The notes below the pieces were generated by a model. It searched no databases and was not told where the DNA came from. It was given only the letters and a program-made list of their open reading frames with translations. The position numbers and the translations under genes are program-made. Shown here in pieces: positions 13,306-24,000 of a DNA stretch of 64,000 nt; positions within the stretch are counted from its first letter, which is position 1; each line of letters starts with the position of its first letter. The stretch comes from Azolla caroliniana (lineage: Eukaryota; Plantae; Polypodiophyta). The DNA is taken from the NCBI GenBank assembly GCA_043228905.1, contig JBHGNT010000012.1, forward strand, positions 7,564,001 through 7,628,000, written 5' to 3'.

Positions 13306-14785
13306 CACCTCTTATGTTATCTAAGTTTGTGTGATGTAAGTTACAAAATTCCTAGAGACCATGTCGTTGCATAAGGGAGAAAGGTTACCAATGCTAGAAT
13401 TGATCCAAAATGACATTATTTACTATTTTTAGACAAAGTTGGCGAGATAATTGTTATGATTGAGTAGGCTATCTTTTTAAATTGGGTACCAGTTCACCAA
13501 ATAATTTGATGCTTTTTAATTTGCTTTTTTTCTATGTTGTAAACAAGTTGCAACCACCCATTGGCTTATGATTGGTGCACATTGAACTTAATGGAATACA
13601 TGAATGTTGTTATGATTAGTATGCATATGTATTCAATACAACTTAGTTTCTTGGATTAAGTTGTCAAACATCAAACAATTTTTGTACTCATATACGCTTC
13701 TTCCAGAACACATGAGCATACATAATCTTTCTACTCAAATTGAACTCAAGAAATCTCCAATATAAGATTCTTTGTTTTTTTACTACACAGAACGAACTAA
13801 GTTGTTACAATATAATCTATTGATGTCTATGCTAAGTGGAAAAAAGATCAAGGGAAGCAACAAGGACCACAATCATTTTGGACTTTCTAAAAGTCATTTA
13901 ATGGACGGCCCAATCCAAAAGAAGCAATGGAGAGCATCTCAATCTGTACGAACCCATAGACAGAAGTGAAATAACCATAGGGGTATTGCAGTCTGAGTGG
14001 AAACTCCTAAACAGGAAGGCAGTGGCAGCCATCAAATAGTGTGTGGATGTGAGTGTTCTACAATATGTAGCTAACTGTTACGAGCATGACCATATAATAT
14101 CCCGTGGTAAGAATTTACCGTAGTATTCTATACACGTGGATAAGTGTGAGGGTTAAACGAGAGTGTAAAGAAGGGGAGGATTACTTTTAATCCTCGGGAT
14201 TGAGACAACCCATTAGGTCAAGTGTGAACTTGCCTGGGGGCCTTGGGTATCGCTATAAATAAGAGGCCTAGCTACCCTCATTTGATCATCTTTTGACTAC
14301 ATCGAGACTCTGCTCGTGTGGTGGGTCAACTCTTGTAGCGAGCGCGCCAGCACCAGGTACGACTCGACGCCACGGCGGTGGTATGGGACGCCGATCGAGG
14401 CTCGAGTCCGTCTCGATCCCTTCGCTCGGGGGTGGTCGGGTGGATCGGCACCCTTCTTTCTCTTTCTCCTTTCTATCTATCTTTTCATTATCCTTATCTT
14501 AAGCTTACGTTAGTACCAAGATCTATAATATTTGGTATCAGATTTTTGTACTAATGTTTCTTTGTTTTTCATTTGTCTTTTGATTGATGCTGATCGATCC
14601 TTGTGCGGTTGGCCTTGATCCAGACAACGATCAACAAAGAACTTCGGTAACTCTTTCCAGAATTTTTCTTTCTATTCTCTCTTCTCCCATCTAATCATGT
14701 GTTTAGTTTATATGTAATTTTTTTCATTAAGTCAATGATGTTGTAATGGTCTTTAATTGATTATCTAAAACGTTTACATATGTGC

Positions 14786-15045
14786 ACGAGGTCAATACCT
14801 CGTTTGACATATTAATAATATGTGATGAGTGTCGTTTGCGTACGAGGTTAATACCTCAATTACGTATTACGTTCACGAACATATGTTACGTTTGCGTATG
14901 AGTTTAATACCTTAATTTGTTGTAAACGATATGCGTTTGGTCTCGTATGCGTAAGAGGTCAATACCTCCATTGCGTATTACGATGATCTCTTATTTGTGG
15001 ATGTTTCGTGTGCGTAGAGGTATATACCTCGATTACGTATCTCGA
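14786..15045 (+). repeat. Array of five hairpin units GAGGT-N4-ACCTC in the Gypsy-1 leader
   Basis: Cores start at 14788, 14844, 14900, 14955 and 15017 (spacing 55-62 bp), with divergent linkers. Confidence 0.8.
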
Positions 15046-16221
15046 TCACATCATTTGTGGCTATTTACTATAACGATATGTTGAATATAGGCATATGTGG
15101 TCACATATATACGTATTTGATCGTATATATGTGATAAGTAAACATATGTGTATATTCGTTATTACGTGATTATATCGAAAGTTGTCATGATCGGGAAAAG
15201 GATGTTGGTGGCCGTCCTCACATTTTTGTGAGAATGGCGTTGTCACCATCCCTTTTTCAACATTTTTTTATTGTTGATAACCCCGTTGACGACCTCGATT
15301 TCGTTACGTAAAGAAACGCCAATAGCCAAAATGATGTTGAGTACGTAGGGCTTGACCCACTTCAAGTGAGGTCGCTCCAATGACGCACGTATCCAACATC
15401 CCTCCCTCGTTACATGGATACGATACCACCATGAGCTCGTTCTTACGAGAGGCATTCGTAATGACGTGACCATGTGATGGCCCACATGAGCCTACTACGA
15501 AACGAGGGCTCATTTGGCTTGACCATTAGGTTGCACTTTGGCGCATGCCATCGTAATTACGAGACTTGAGGTTAGGTAACGTACCAACATAGTTTTGGTA
15601 AATGAGGGCGAAATAAGGACCCTTGACATATAAGTTCTTTTAAAAAAACATATATGATCAATTGCCTCGCATATCTCTTATACGCATCAAACATTAAGCA
15701 TTCGAGAAGAGCAACTTACTTGGTTGGCTCAAGTGTTTAATGTATTTGTTCTCGAGGTCTCGAGTTCAAATATGACCAAGACCATACAACATCCTTGATA
15801 CATATGACTATAACACATGTTTAGACTTAAGGTCTAAGTGCACCTCGGGGTCCTCGTAATAGGACTTAAAGAGCCGAAACCACTTATGTGGGCACCGAAA
15901 CATAGTTTATTGTTAACATTTTTTTTTCGTGTATAAACTATTCATGACGCGAACATACATGGTTGAGCCCCGGGGAGCCACCATGAAAAAAATCGATATA
16001 GAGATCAGGGAAAGACATTTATTTGTCACCCCCATGGTTTTTAAAACACCTTTGTGTTACCATAGTAACCTGATCTTGAACCTCATCTCATACGTCTAGA
16101 GGGGTATTGACGTGAGATAATGATATCGATTAATGCTCGCCCATGATATGTTTACATCACGACAAGATGTTATGACTATATCTCTGACCTTATCCTATTT
16201 CTTTTCCAGAAATAATCTTTA

Positions 16222-19200
16222 ATGGCTCAAATTAACGACCCGATGTCATCCGCTCAAGCGGAAGGAACTCAAGGGAATCCTCCTGGACAAATGTCCACTG
16301 AGATGTATTTGGCACAAATAACCCAATACCTTAGTTTCACCGCTCAACAGATGACCGAACTTCGGCAATCTCAGAGTGCTCTTGAGGCACGTGTCATTAG
16401 TCTACAACGTGAGACTAATAGACCTGATGAGCGACAAGGTGAACCATCATTTGTCGTTAAGCCATTTACGGGAGACAAAAAGGAAAGAACCGAAGAAGCA
16501 ATCTGCACATGGCTGGGACGATGGGAGTCTCATTTTGAGCTCTATCCCACGCCAGATAGTACGAAGATTGCATATGTCGGCCGAGAACTCGGGGGTAAGG
16601 CCGCCGCCTGGTGGCGTGGCCTCCGTACTATGGGGAAATTGCCCGATACCTGGACATATTTTGTCACGGTTTTTAAGGGCCAATTTCTGCAACCTCCCTC
16701 TCGAACCGAGGCAGCACAAGCTTTAATGAACCTCTCTAGCAGGAAATTTTCCTCGCTAGAGGACTATGTTCACCATGCTAGAACCCAAATCCAAAAATCG
16801 GGTCTAGAAGGGGACAATTGGTTGATAGCTTGTTTTGTCAATGGCATCCCCAATTCAGACTATCACTGGATAGTGCACGATAAGGATCCAAAATCCTTCG
16901 AAGAGGTCGTTGAAATAGTTCTTCGCTATCAACGCACTTCGAAGAAGGACCATAACAAACCCAACGAAGCGCCCGGGACTAAGCAGTCGCAATTTGTTGG
17001 GAAACGCAAGACACCCAACGAATTCCTGGATCGCAATTGTAAGCGACAACATCCTTTTTGTGTATTCTGCAAAAAGAAGGGTCATACAAAAGATCAATGT
17101 CGAAAGCTCCAACGGAAAGAGCACGACAACAAAGCTAAAGCTGTAGACCATAAAGGTCAGATTCCTAATGTCCTTCAGGTCTATACACACCATTTAAGTA
17201 ATTGTCAATGTTCTTTTCCTCACTATGTATTGGGTCCCAATGATTTACTACGTGCAAACGGGTATATCAATGGATCTCCCGTACAATTTTTATTTGATTC
17301 GGGAAGCTCACACAATTTTGTGAATGATCGTTTGGTTCAGATATGGGGAATCCAACCCACCGTAAGTGATCACACCTACACGGTGCACTTGGCTGATGGA
17401 AGAGTACAATACATCAACGGGGCGATTCATTCATTAGGAATTTCTATTGATACTTATATAGAGGAAGTAGACTTCCATGTAATGAATCTTTGTACCACCG
17501 ATGTAATACTGGGTTATCCCTGGTTTTATAATAAAAACTCTTCTTTATTTATTGATTGGGTTCGTCATTCCATTTCTTTTGTACTGAACGATTGTACGCA
17601 TTTTATTCAATGTGTAAAAAAACAATCCCTCTCGATTGTTTCCTTGTGTCCATCAATATCCGAGTTGTCTTGTTCTACGCTATTTTATTGTGTACTTGAT
17701 CCGGACATTCACGTTTACAATATCGATAATGTCCCGATTCAATTAACATATTTTGAACAACAACAACTTGATGAAATCTTAAATGATTTTCATGATGTTT
17801 TTCCAAGTGAACTACCTGATGGGTTACCTCCTAAACGTAATATAGACCATCATATAGATATTGTACCTGGTGTTGCACCAATAAGTATACCTCTGTATCG
17901 CTTAAGTCGATCCGAAGAAGATGAGGTATCTAAGCAACTCAAGGACTATTTACGAATGGGTTATATACGTTATAGTAAATCTCCATGGGGTGCACCAGTT
18001 CTCTTGGTTAAAAAGAAAGAGGGCACATGGCGTATGTGTATTAATTACCGATGCTTGAATAAAGTGACGATCAAGAATTCGTATCCATTGCCCCGGGCTG
18101 ACGATCTAATTGACCGTCTCCAGGGAGCTCGGTATTTTACGAAACTTGATCTCCGTACTGGCTACCATCAAATACGAATAAGTGAGGACGATGTTCCTAA
18201 AACGGCATTTCGTACGCGCTATGGCCATTACGAGTTTTTGGTTATGCCTTTTGGTTTGACCAATGCTCCGGCTACTTTTCAACAAGAAATGAATGACATT
18301 TTCCGAGAACAACTTGGAAAATTTGTCGTTATTTTCTTGGATGATATTTTAGTTTATAGCCGTACATTACAAGAACATGCTAGACATGTCCGCTTTGTTT
18401 TACAAACATTGCGTGACAAACAGTTTTATGCGAAGATCTCAAAATGTGAGTTCTTCAAGAAATCAATTACTTATCTAGGACATCTCATAACCGAACGAGG
18501 AGTTGAAATTGATCCTTCTCGCATTGAGAAAATCAAGCTTTGGCCCACTCTTCGGAATATTCAAGAAGTTCGATCATTCCTTGGTTTTGTGGGGTTTTTG
18601 CGAAAGTCTCTTCGTAATTACTCCCAATTGATGATGCCGTTTACTGATCTTTTAAAAGGTCAAACGCGTAAGTCTACAAAACCTATTGTGTGGAATGCTA
18701 CACTAGACCTTGCATTTAAGGAACTCAAGGACCTAGTTTGCAAGGCTCCTTCACTTCTTTTACCTGATCCTTCAAAACCTTTTGAGGTTGAAACCGATGC
18801 AAGCGATTATGCTATAGGTGCTGTCTTGTATCAAGATGGTAAACCAATAGCATTCGAGAGTAAGAAACTTGATTCTGCTCAATGTCGGTATACCGTTCAA
18901 GAAAAGGAATTATTTGCAGTTATACATGCGCTCAAAACATGGCGCCATTATCTTTATGGAAATCACTTTGTGGTAACTACGGACCACGAGTCCTTGAAAT
19001 ATTTTTGTGACCAACAAGACCTGAAAGGTCGTAAGGCACGATGGGCTGATCTCATCCAGGACTTTGATTTTTCCATACGATATCGTAAAGGTTCCATGAA
19101 CATTGTCGCTGATGCACTAAGTCGCATCCGTGAAGTTAACACGCTTAGCTTCACTGAAATATCATCAGATCTTTATGATCACCTTCGAAGAAAGTATCCT

Positions 19201-19341
19201 GATGACAGTTATTTCGCAAAATACTGGGCAAGAGTTGAGTCTGGAATAGACACCATCCACATTGCTAACGGTTTGCTCTACCGTAATGGGAAGGTTTGTG
19301 TTCCACATTTACCCGAGGTCAAAAAGAGGATTCTTTTTTAA
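16222..19341 (+). CDS. Gag-Pol polyprotein of Gypsy-1, truncated by a premature stop
   Basis: 1039-aa ORF: [20 protein letters not shown] protease, [22 protein letters not shown] RNase H. TAA stands where sibling Gypsy-2 has GAA. Confidence 0.93.
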   Translation: MAQINDPMSSAQAEGTQGNPPGQMSTEMYLAQITQYLSFTAQQMTELRQSQSALEARVISLQRETNRPDERQGEPSFVVKPFTGDKKERTEEAICTWLGRWESHFELYPTPDSTKIAYVGRELGGKAAAWWRGLRTMGKLPDTWTYFVTVFKGQFLQPPSRTEAAQALMNLSSRKFSSLEDYVHHARTQIQKSGLEGDNWLIACFVNGIPNSDYHWIVHDKDPKSFEEVVEIVLRYQRTSKKDHNKPNEAPGTKQSQFVGKRKTPNEFLDRNCKRQHPFCVFCKKKGHTKDQCRKLQRKEHDNKAKAVDHKGQIPNVLQVYTHHLSNCQCSFPHYVLGPNDLLRANGYINGSPVQFLFDSGSSHNFVNDRLVQIWGIQPTVSDHTYTVHLADGRVQYINGAIHSLGISIDTYIEEVDFHVMNLCTTDVILGYPWFYNKNSSLFIDWVRHSISFVLNDCTHFIQCVKKQSLSIVSLCPSISELSCSTLFYCVLDPDIHVYNIDNVPIQLTYFEQQQLDEILNDFHDVFPSELPDGLPPKRNIDHHIDIVPGVAPISIPLYRLSRSEEDEVSKQLKDYLRMGYIRYSKSPWGAPVLLVKKKEGTWRMCINYRCLNKVTIKNSYPLPRADDLIDRLQGARYFTKLDLRTGYHQIRISEDDVPKTAFRTRYGHYEFLVMPFGLTNAPATFQQEMNDIFREQLGKFVVIFLDDILVYSRTLQEHARHVRFVLQTLRDKQFYAKISKCEFFKKSITYLGHLITERGVEIDPSRIEKIKLWPTLRNIQEVRSFLGFVGFLRKSLRNYSQLMMPFTDLLKGQTRKSTKPIVWNATLDLAFKELKDLVCKAPSLLLPDPSKPFEVETDASDYAIGAVLYQDGKPIAFESKKLDSAQCRYTVQEKELFAVIHALKTWRHYLYGNHFVVTTDHESLKYFCDQQDLKGRKARWADLIQDFDFSIRYRKGSMNIVADALSRIREVNTLSFTEISSDLYDHLRRKYPDDSYFAKYWARVESGIDTIHIANGLLYRNGKVCVPHLPEVKKRILF

Positions 19342-19409
19342 TGCCATGATGCACCCTCCGCAGGGCACCTTGGAATACATCGTACACTCGTTCTCATCTC
19401 CACTCAATT

Positions 19410-20089
19410 TTATAACAGCTCCAAGCATACGTCAACGGGATATAGTCCTTTTATGTTGATGTATGGTTTTCAGCCACGAGCCCCGATTGATGTTACTATA
19501 CATCATGATGAGTTGCGAAGTACGCAAAACTTTCTTCGGGATATGCAAGATATGTTGCATATTGCACGAGATAATATAAAAACAGCTCAAGATAGAGCGC
19601 GTTTTTATGCCGATCATCATAGGCAACCTCGTGTATTCAGTCCTGGACAGAAGGTATTTTTACGTGTACCTCACAATTCTAAGACATTGTCTACAGGTAA
19701 GTGCGCTAAGTTAGCCCCATGGTTTTGTGGACCTTTTACAGTCCTCAAACGCATTGGGTCATCAGCCTATCGTCTCGCTCTTCCCGATGGTGTCGGAATT
19801 TATCCAGTCTTTCATGTGAGTCGTCTAAAAGAACTTCTAGGTTCTGGCGACAATACAGTTACGACTGAAACTCTGGTTACTTCTGAAGAATTATCTTCTA
19901 AACCACATGTACCAGAAAGAATTCTCGATGTTAAAACAAAAAAATTACGTACTAAAGAAATCCGAGAATTTAAAATAAAATGGCTGGATAAATCAATAAA
20001 AGATGCCACATGGGAACGCGAAACTACTCTTAGAACTAACTTCCCTAACTTTCCATTGCAAGAGTGCAATGTTTTAAAGAGGGGGAGTA
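19410..20089 (+). pseudogene. Integrase C-terminus (GPF motif) and chromodomain of Gypsy-1
   Basis: KLAPWFCGPF...PERILDVK..EFKIKW....DATWE in ORF 19453-20103. Confidence 0.88.
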
Positions 20090-20551
20090 TGTTACGAGCA
20101 TGACCATATAATATCCCGTGGTAAGAATTTACCGTAGTATTCTATACACGTGGATAAGTGTGAGGGTTAAACGAGAGTGTAAAGAAGGGGAGGATTACTT
20201 TTAATCCTCGGGATTGAGACAACCCATTAGGTCAAGTGTGAACTTGCCTGGGTGCCTTGGGTATCGCTATAAATAAGAGGCCTAGCTACCCTCATTTGAT
20301 CATCTTTTGACTACATCGAGACTCTGCTCGTGTGGTGGGTCAACTCTTGTAGCGAGCGCGCCAGCACCAGGTACGACTCGACGCCACGGCGGTGGTATGG
20401 GACGCCGATCGAGGCTCGAGTCCGTCTCGATCCCTTCGCTCGGGGGTGGTCGGGTGGATCGGCACCCTTCTTTCTCTTTCTCCTTTCTATCTATCTTTTC
20501 ATTATCCTTATCTTAAGCTTACGTTAGTACCAAGATCTATAATACTAACAA

Positions 20552-20830
20552 CACAAACGTCTACGAATTGTGGCAAAAACTGTCAGGGTTGTACGAGAGG
20601 AAGAACATGCTCAACAAAACTTCTGTAATGAGAAAGATTGTGAGACTGAAGTACAAAGATGGAGAAAGCATTGTGGTACACATTAACACCTCACAAACGT
20701 CTACGAATTGTGGCACAAACTGTCAGGGTTGTACGAGAGGAAGAACATGCTCAACAAAACTTCTCTAACGAGAAAGATTGTGAGATTGAAGTACAAAGAT
20801 GGAGAAAGCATTGTGGTACACATTAACACC
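20552..20830 (+). repeat. 140-bp tandem duplication in Copia-A gag
   Basis: cacaaacgtctacgaattgtggc...cattaacacct starts at 20552 and again at 20692. Confidence 0.9.
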
Positions 20831-23800
20831 TTCATGGGGTTGGTGAATCAACTTGTAACAACAAAGTTTCCATTAGATGATGCTACACATGCCTTGTTAT
20901 TGCTATGTACCTTGCCAGACATTGGGAGAACCTGTTAGTGTCTCTCAATACCTCATGCCAAGAAGAAAACTTGTCATTGCAAGTGGTAAAGACAAGTATC
21001 CTAAACGAGGAGGCAAGAAGGAAGGACAAGGGCGTCCTGTCCCAGTTAGAGGCAAATGTGGCACAACATCCCGGTAGAGGAAGGAGCAAGCAGAGAAGCT
21101 CACAAAAGAGAGACAAGTCTCGTGAGAGGTCCAATTCTAGAGGAAAGCTCACACTATGGAAAACTTGGACGCTTCCAGAAGGACTGTTGACACCTTAAGA
21201 AAGACAAAGGTGCTTCGAATGATGTTGAACCCATGAAGATTCTTGAGGAGAAGGGCACTTTAGTCCTAGCTACAAGTGAAGAAGAGCTCTTGTTCATTTG
21301 CTAGCAAGCGAGCATAAACCTCGCAAATGAAGAGTGCACTTGGGTGATCGACTCCGGTGCATCGTTCCATATAACCCCCCTGGAGAGAATGTTTCTCTTC
21401 TTAGACAGTCGGTGACTATGGCTATGTAAATATGGGAGATAATGGAGCATGCAAAATAGTCAGCATCGGAAGTGTATGTCTGACAACATCGACTAGTTGT
21501 AGACTGATCCTAAGGGATGTTTGACATGTGCCAGATATAAGGCTGAATCTGATATCGACTAGAAGATTGGACGATGAAGGCTACTATGGTGGTTTTACAA
21601 ACGACAAATGGAAGTTTTGTAGGGGAAATCTCATAGTGGCCCGTGCTCAGAAACATGGCACTTTGTATATGATGCATGCCAAGATGTGCAAGGACATAGA
21701 AAACGTGGCAGCCGACTCGAGGGGAGAGATATGGCACAAGAGGATTGGCCACATGAGCGAGAGAGGCATGCATATCCTAGCCGACCAGAAACGTCTTCCA
21801 AAAGTAAAAGTAGTGCACTTGGAGAGATGTGTCGATTGCCTGGTCGGAACGCAAAGTAGAGTTGTGTTCCACTCAAGACCACCAAAGAGAAGAGAAGCTG
21901 CATTGGAATTGGTACACACAGGCGTGTGCCACGTGGATGCTCCATCGCATCGTGGCGGATAGTACTTCGTAACGTTCATTGACGACTACAGTCGGAAGTT
22001 GTGGGCTTTCACACTAAAGTCGAAGGATCAAGTATTGTCGTTCTTCAAAGAGTTCCAAGCGAGCGTTGAAAGAGAGTTGGGTTGAAAGCTGAAGGTTGTT
22101 CGAACTGACAATGGTGGCGAGTACAGAGGAAAGTTTAAAGAGTATTGCAAGTCCCAAGGTATTCGGCTCCAATATGCAATGCCTAAGACCCTTGAGGTAA
22201 ATGAGCTTGCAAGGAGGATGAATCGAACTATCATGGAAAGAGTGAGGAGCATGTTGCCATATGCAAAGCTGCCAAAATCATATTGGGCCGAGGCAATGTA
22301 CACGAGCGTTTATATGATCAATAGGTCTCCCTCAGTGCCCCTGAAAGGTGATGTCCCACAGAGGGTGTAGACAGGTAAAGATGTCTCCTAACAACTCTTG
22401 AGGGTGTTCGAATGCCTGGCATATATGCATGTTGCAAAAGATCAGAGGTCGAATCTTGACAACAAGTCGAAACTATGCATATTCCTGGGGTACTCAAATG
22501 ATGAATTCGGTTATAGGCTGTGGGATTTACTCGACAAGAAAGTGGTGAGGAGTTGGGACATTGTGTTCTTGGAAGACAAGACAATCGAGGACTGGAAACA
22601 ATAGAAGTCGAAACCAGCTTCCTAGTCAACTCCCACTACTATAAACTCAAGACTAGTTGATCATACACTGTCGACTAAGAGGAGACAACCAGTCAAAACA
22701 ACCGAATCTTAGTTGGTAGACTCGAAGCACTAGACTAATACATATGAGTAAGAGTCAAGAGATGTTACGGGTATGACCATATAATATCCTGTGGTGAGAA
22801 TTTACTAGAGTGTAAAGAAGGGGAGGATTACTTTTAATCCTCGGGATTGAGACAACCCATTAGGCCAAGTGCGAACTTGCCTAGGGGCCTTAGGTCTGGC
22901 TATAAATATGAGGCCTAGTTACCCTCATTTGAAATTTTGACTATGTTGAGACTCTGACATTGTGATGGGTCAACTCTTGTAGCGAGCGTGCCAACACCAA
23001 GTATGACTCGACGCCATGACGGTGGTTGGGATGCCGATCGAGGCTCGAGTCCATCTCGATTCTTTCGATCGACGATGGTTGGGTGTATCGACACCCTACT
23101 TTCTCTCTGTCCTTTCTTATTTATCTATGTTTTATCCTTATCATGTGCTTACATTAGATCATCCCTCTAACAGTTGGTAGCAGAGCTCGTGTTTCTAATG
23201 TTTCTTTTGTTGGTTTTTGTTGTCTTCTTGATGGATGGTGATCGATCGATATGCGATCGACCTTGATCCAAATAGCAATCAACAAAGGAACTTTGGTAAC
23301 TCTTTCTTTTTTTTCTATTCTTTTTTCTCCCAATCTAATAATGTATAATTAATATGTGTTTTCTTTTATTGATTCAATGATGTTGTAGTGGTAATTAATT
23401 GGTTGTATAAAACATTTACATATGTGTACGAGGTCAGTACCTCATTTGACATATATTTGATATGTGATTCGTGTTGTATTTGATAAACATACATATGTGT
23501 TCAATAGTTATTATGTGATTTCTATATCGAATGTTGTCATTTCCGGGGAAAGGATCTTGGTGGTCGTCCTCACATTTTTGTGAGAATGGCGTAGTCACCA
23601 TCTTTTTTTCAACAATTTTTTTGTTGACATCCTCGTTGGTCACTTCGATTTCGATGTAATGAAACGATCATCGTTGCCACAATGAGGTTGAGAACGTAGG
23701 GCTTGACCCACTTCATGTGAGGTCGCTCCTATGACACACATATCCAACATCCCTCCCTCATTACATGGATATGATGCCACCATGAGATTATTCTTACGAA

Positions 23801-24000
23801 AGGCATTCGTAATGATGTAACCATATGATGGGCCACATGGGCCTACTACGAAAAGAGGGCTCATTTGGCTAGACCATTAGGTTGCACTTTGGCTTATGCC
23901 ATCGTAATTATGAGACTTGAGGTTAGGTAACGTACCAACATAGTTTTTGGTAAACCAGGGGGAAATAAGGACTCTTGACATATATGTTTCTTTTAAAAAC

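Larger units (their letters stand above)
14076..20544 (+). mobile_element. Very young Ty3/Gypsy chromovirus (Gypsy-1), integrase core deleted
   Basis: 455-bp LTRs (14076-14530, 20090-20544) with one mismatch. TSD CTAAC, PBS tggtatcaga, PPT aaagagggggag. Gag-PR-RT-RH ORF and C-terminal chromodomain. Confidence 0.96.

Noticed and set aside
14786-15045. CRISPR-like look of palindromic repeats with variable spacers
   Set aside because: Eukaryotic LTR-element leader, cores only ~14 bp, linkers partly related to one another, no cas genes. Kept as a hairpin array only.
15061-15513. Antisense ORFs in the chromovirus leader with counterparts at 23434-23864
   Set aside because: Shared only because the two copies are homologous; frames and stops are not preserved between them.
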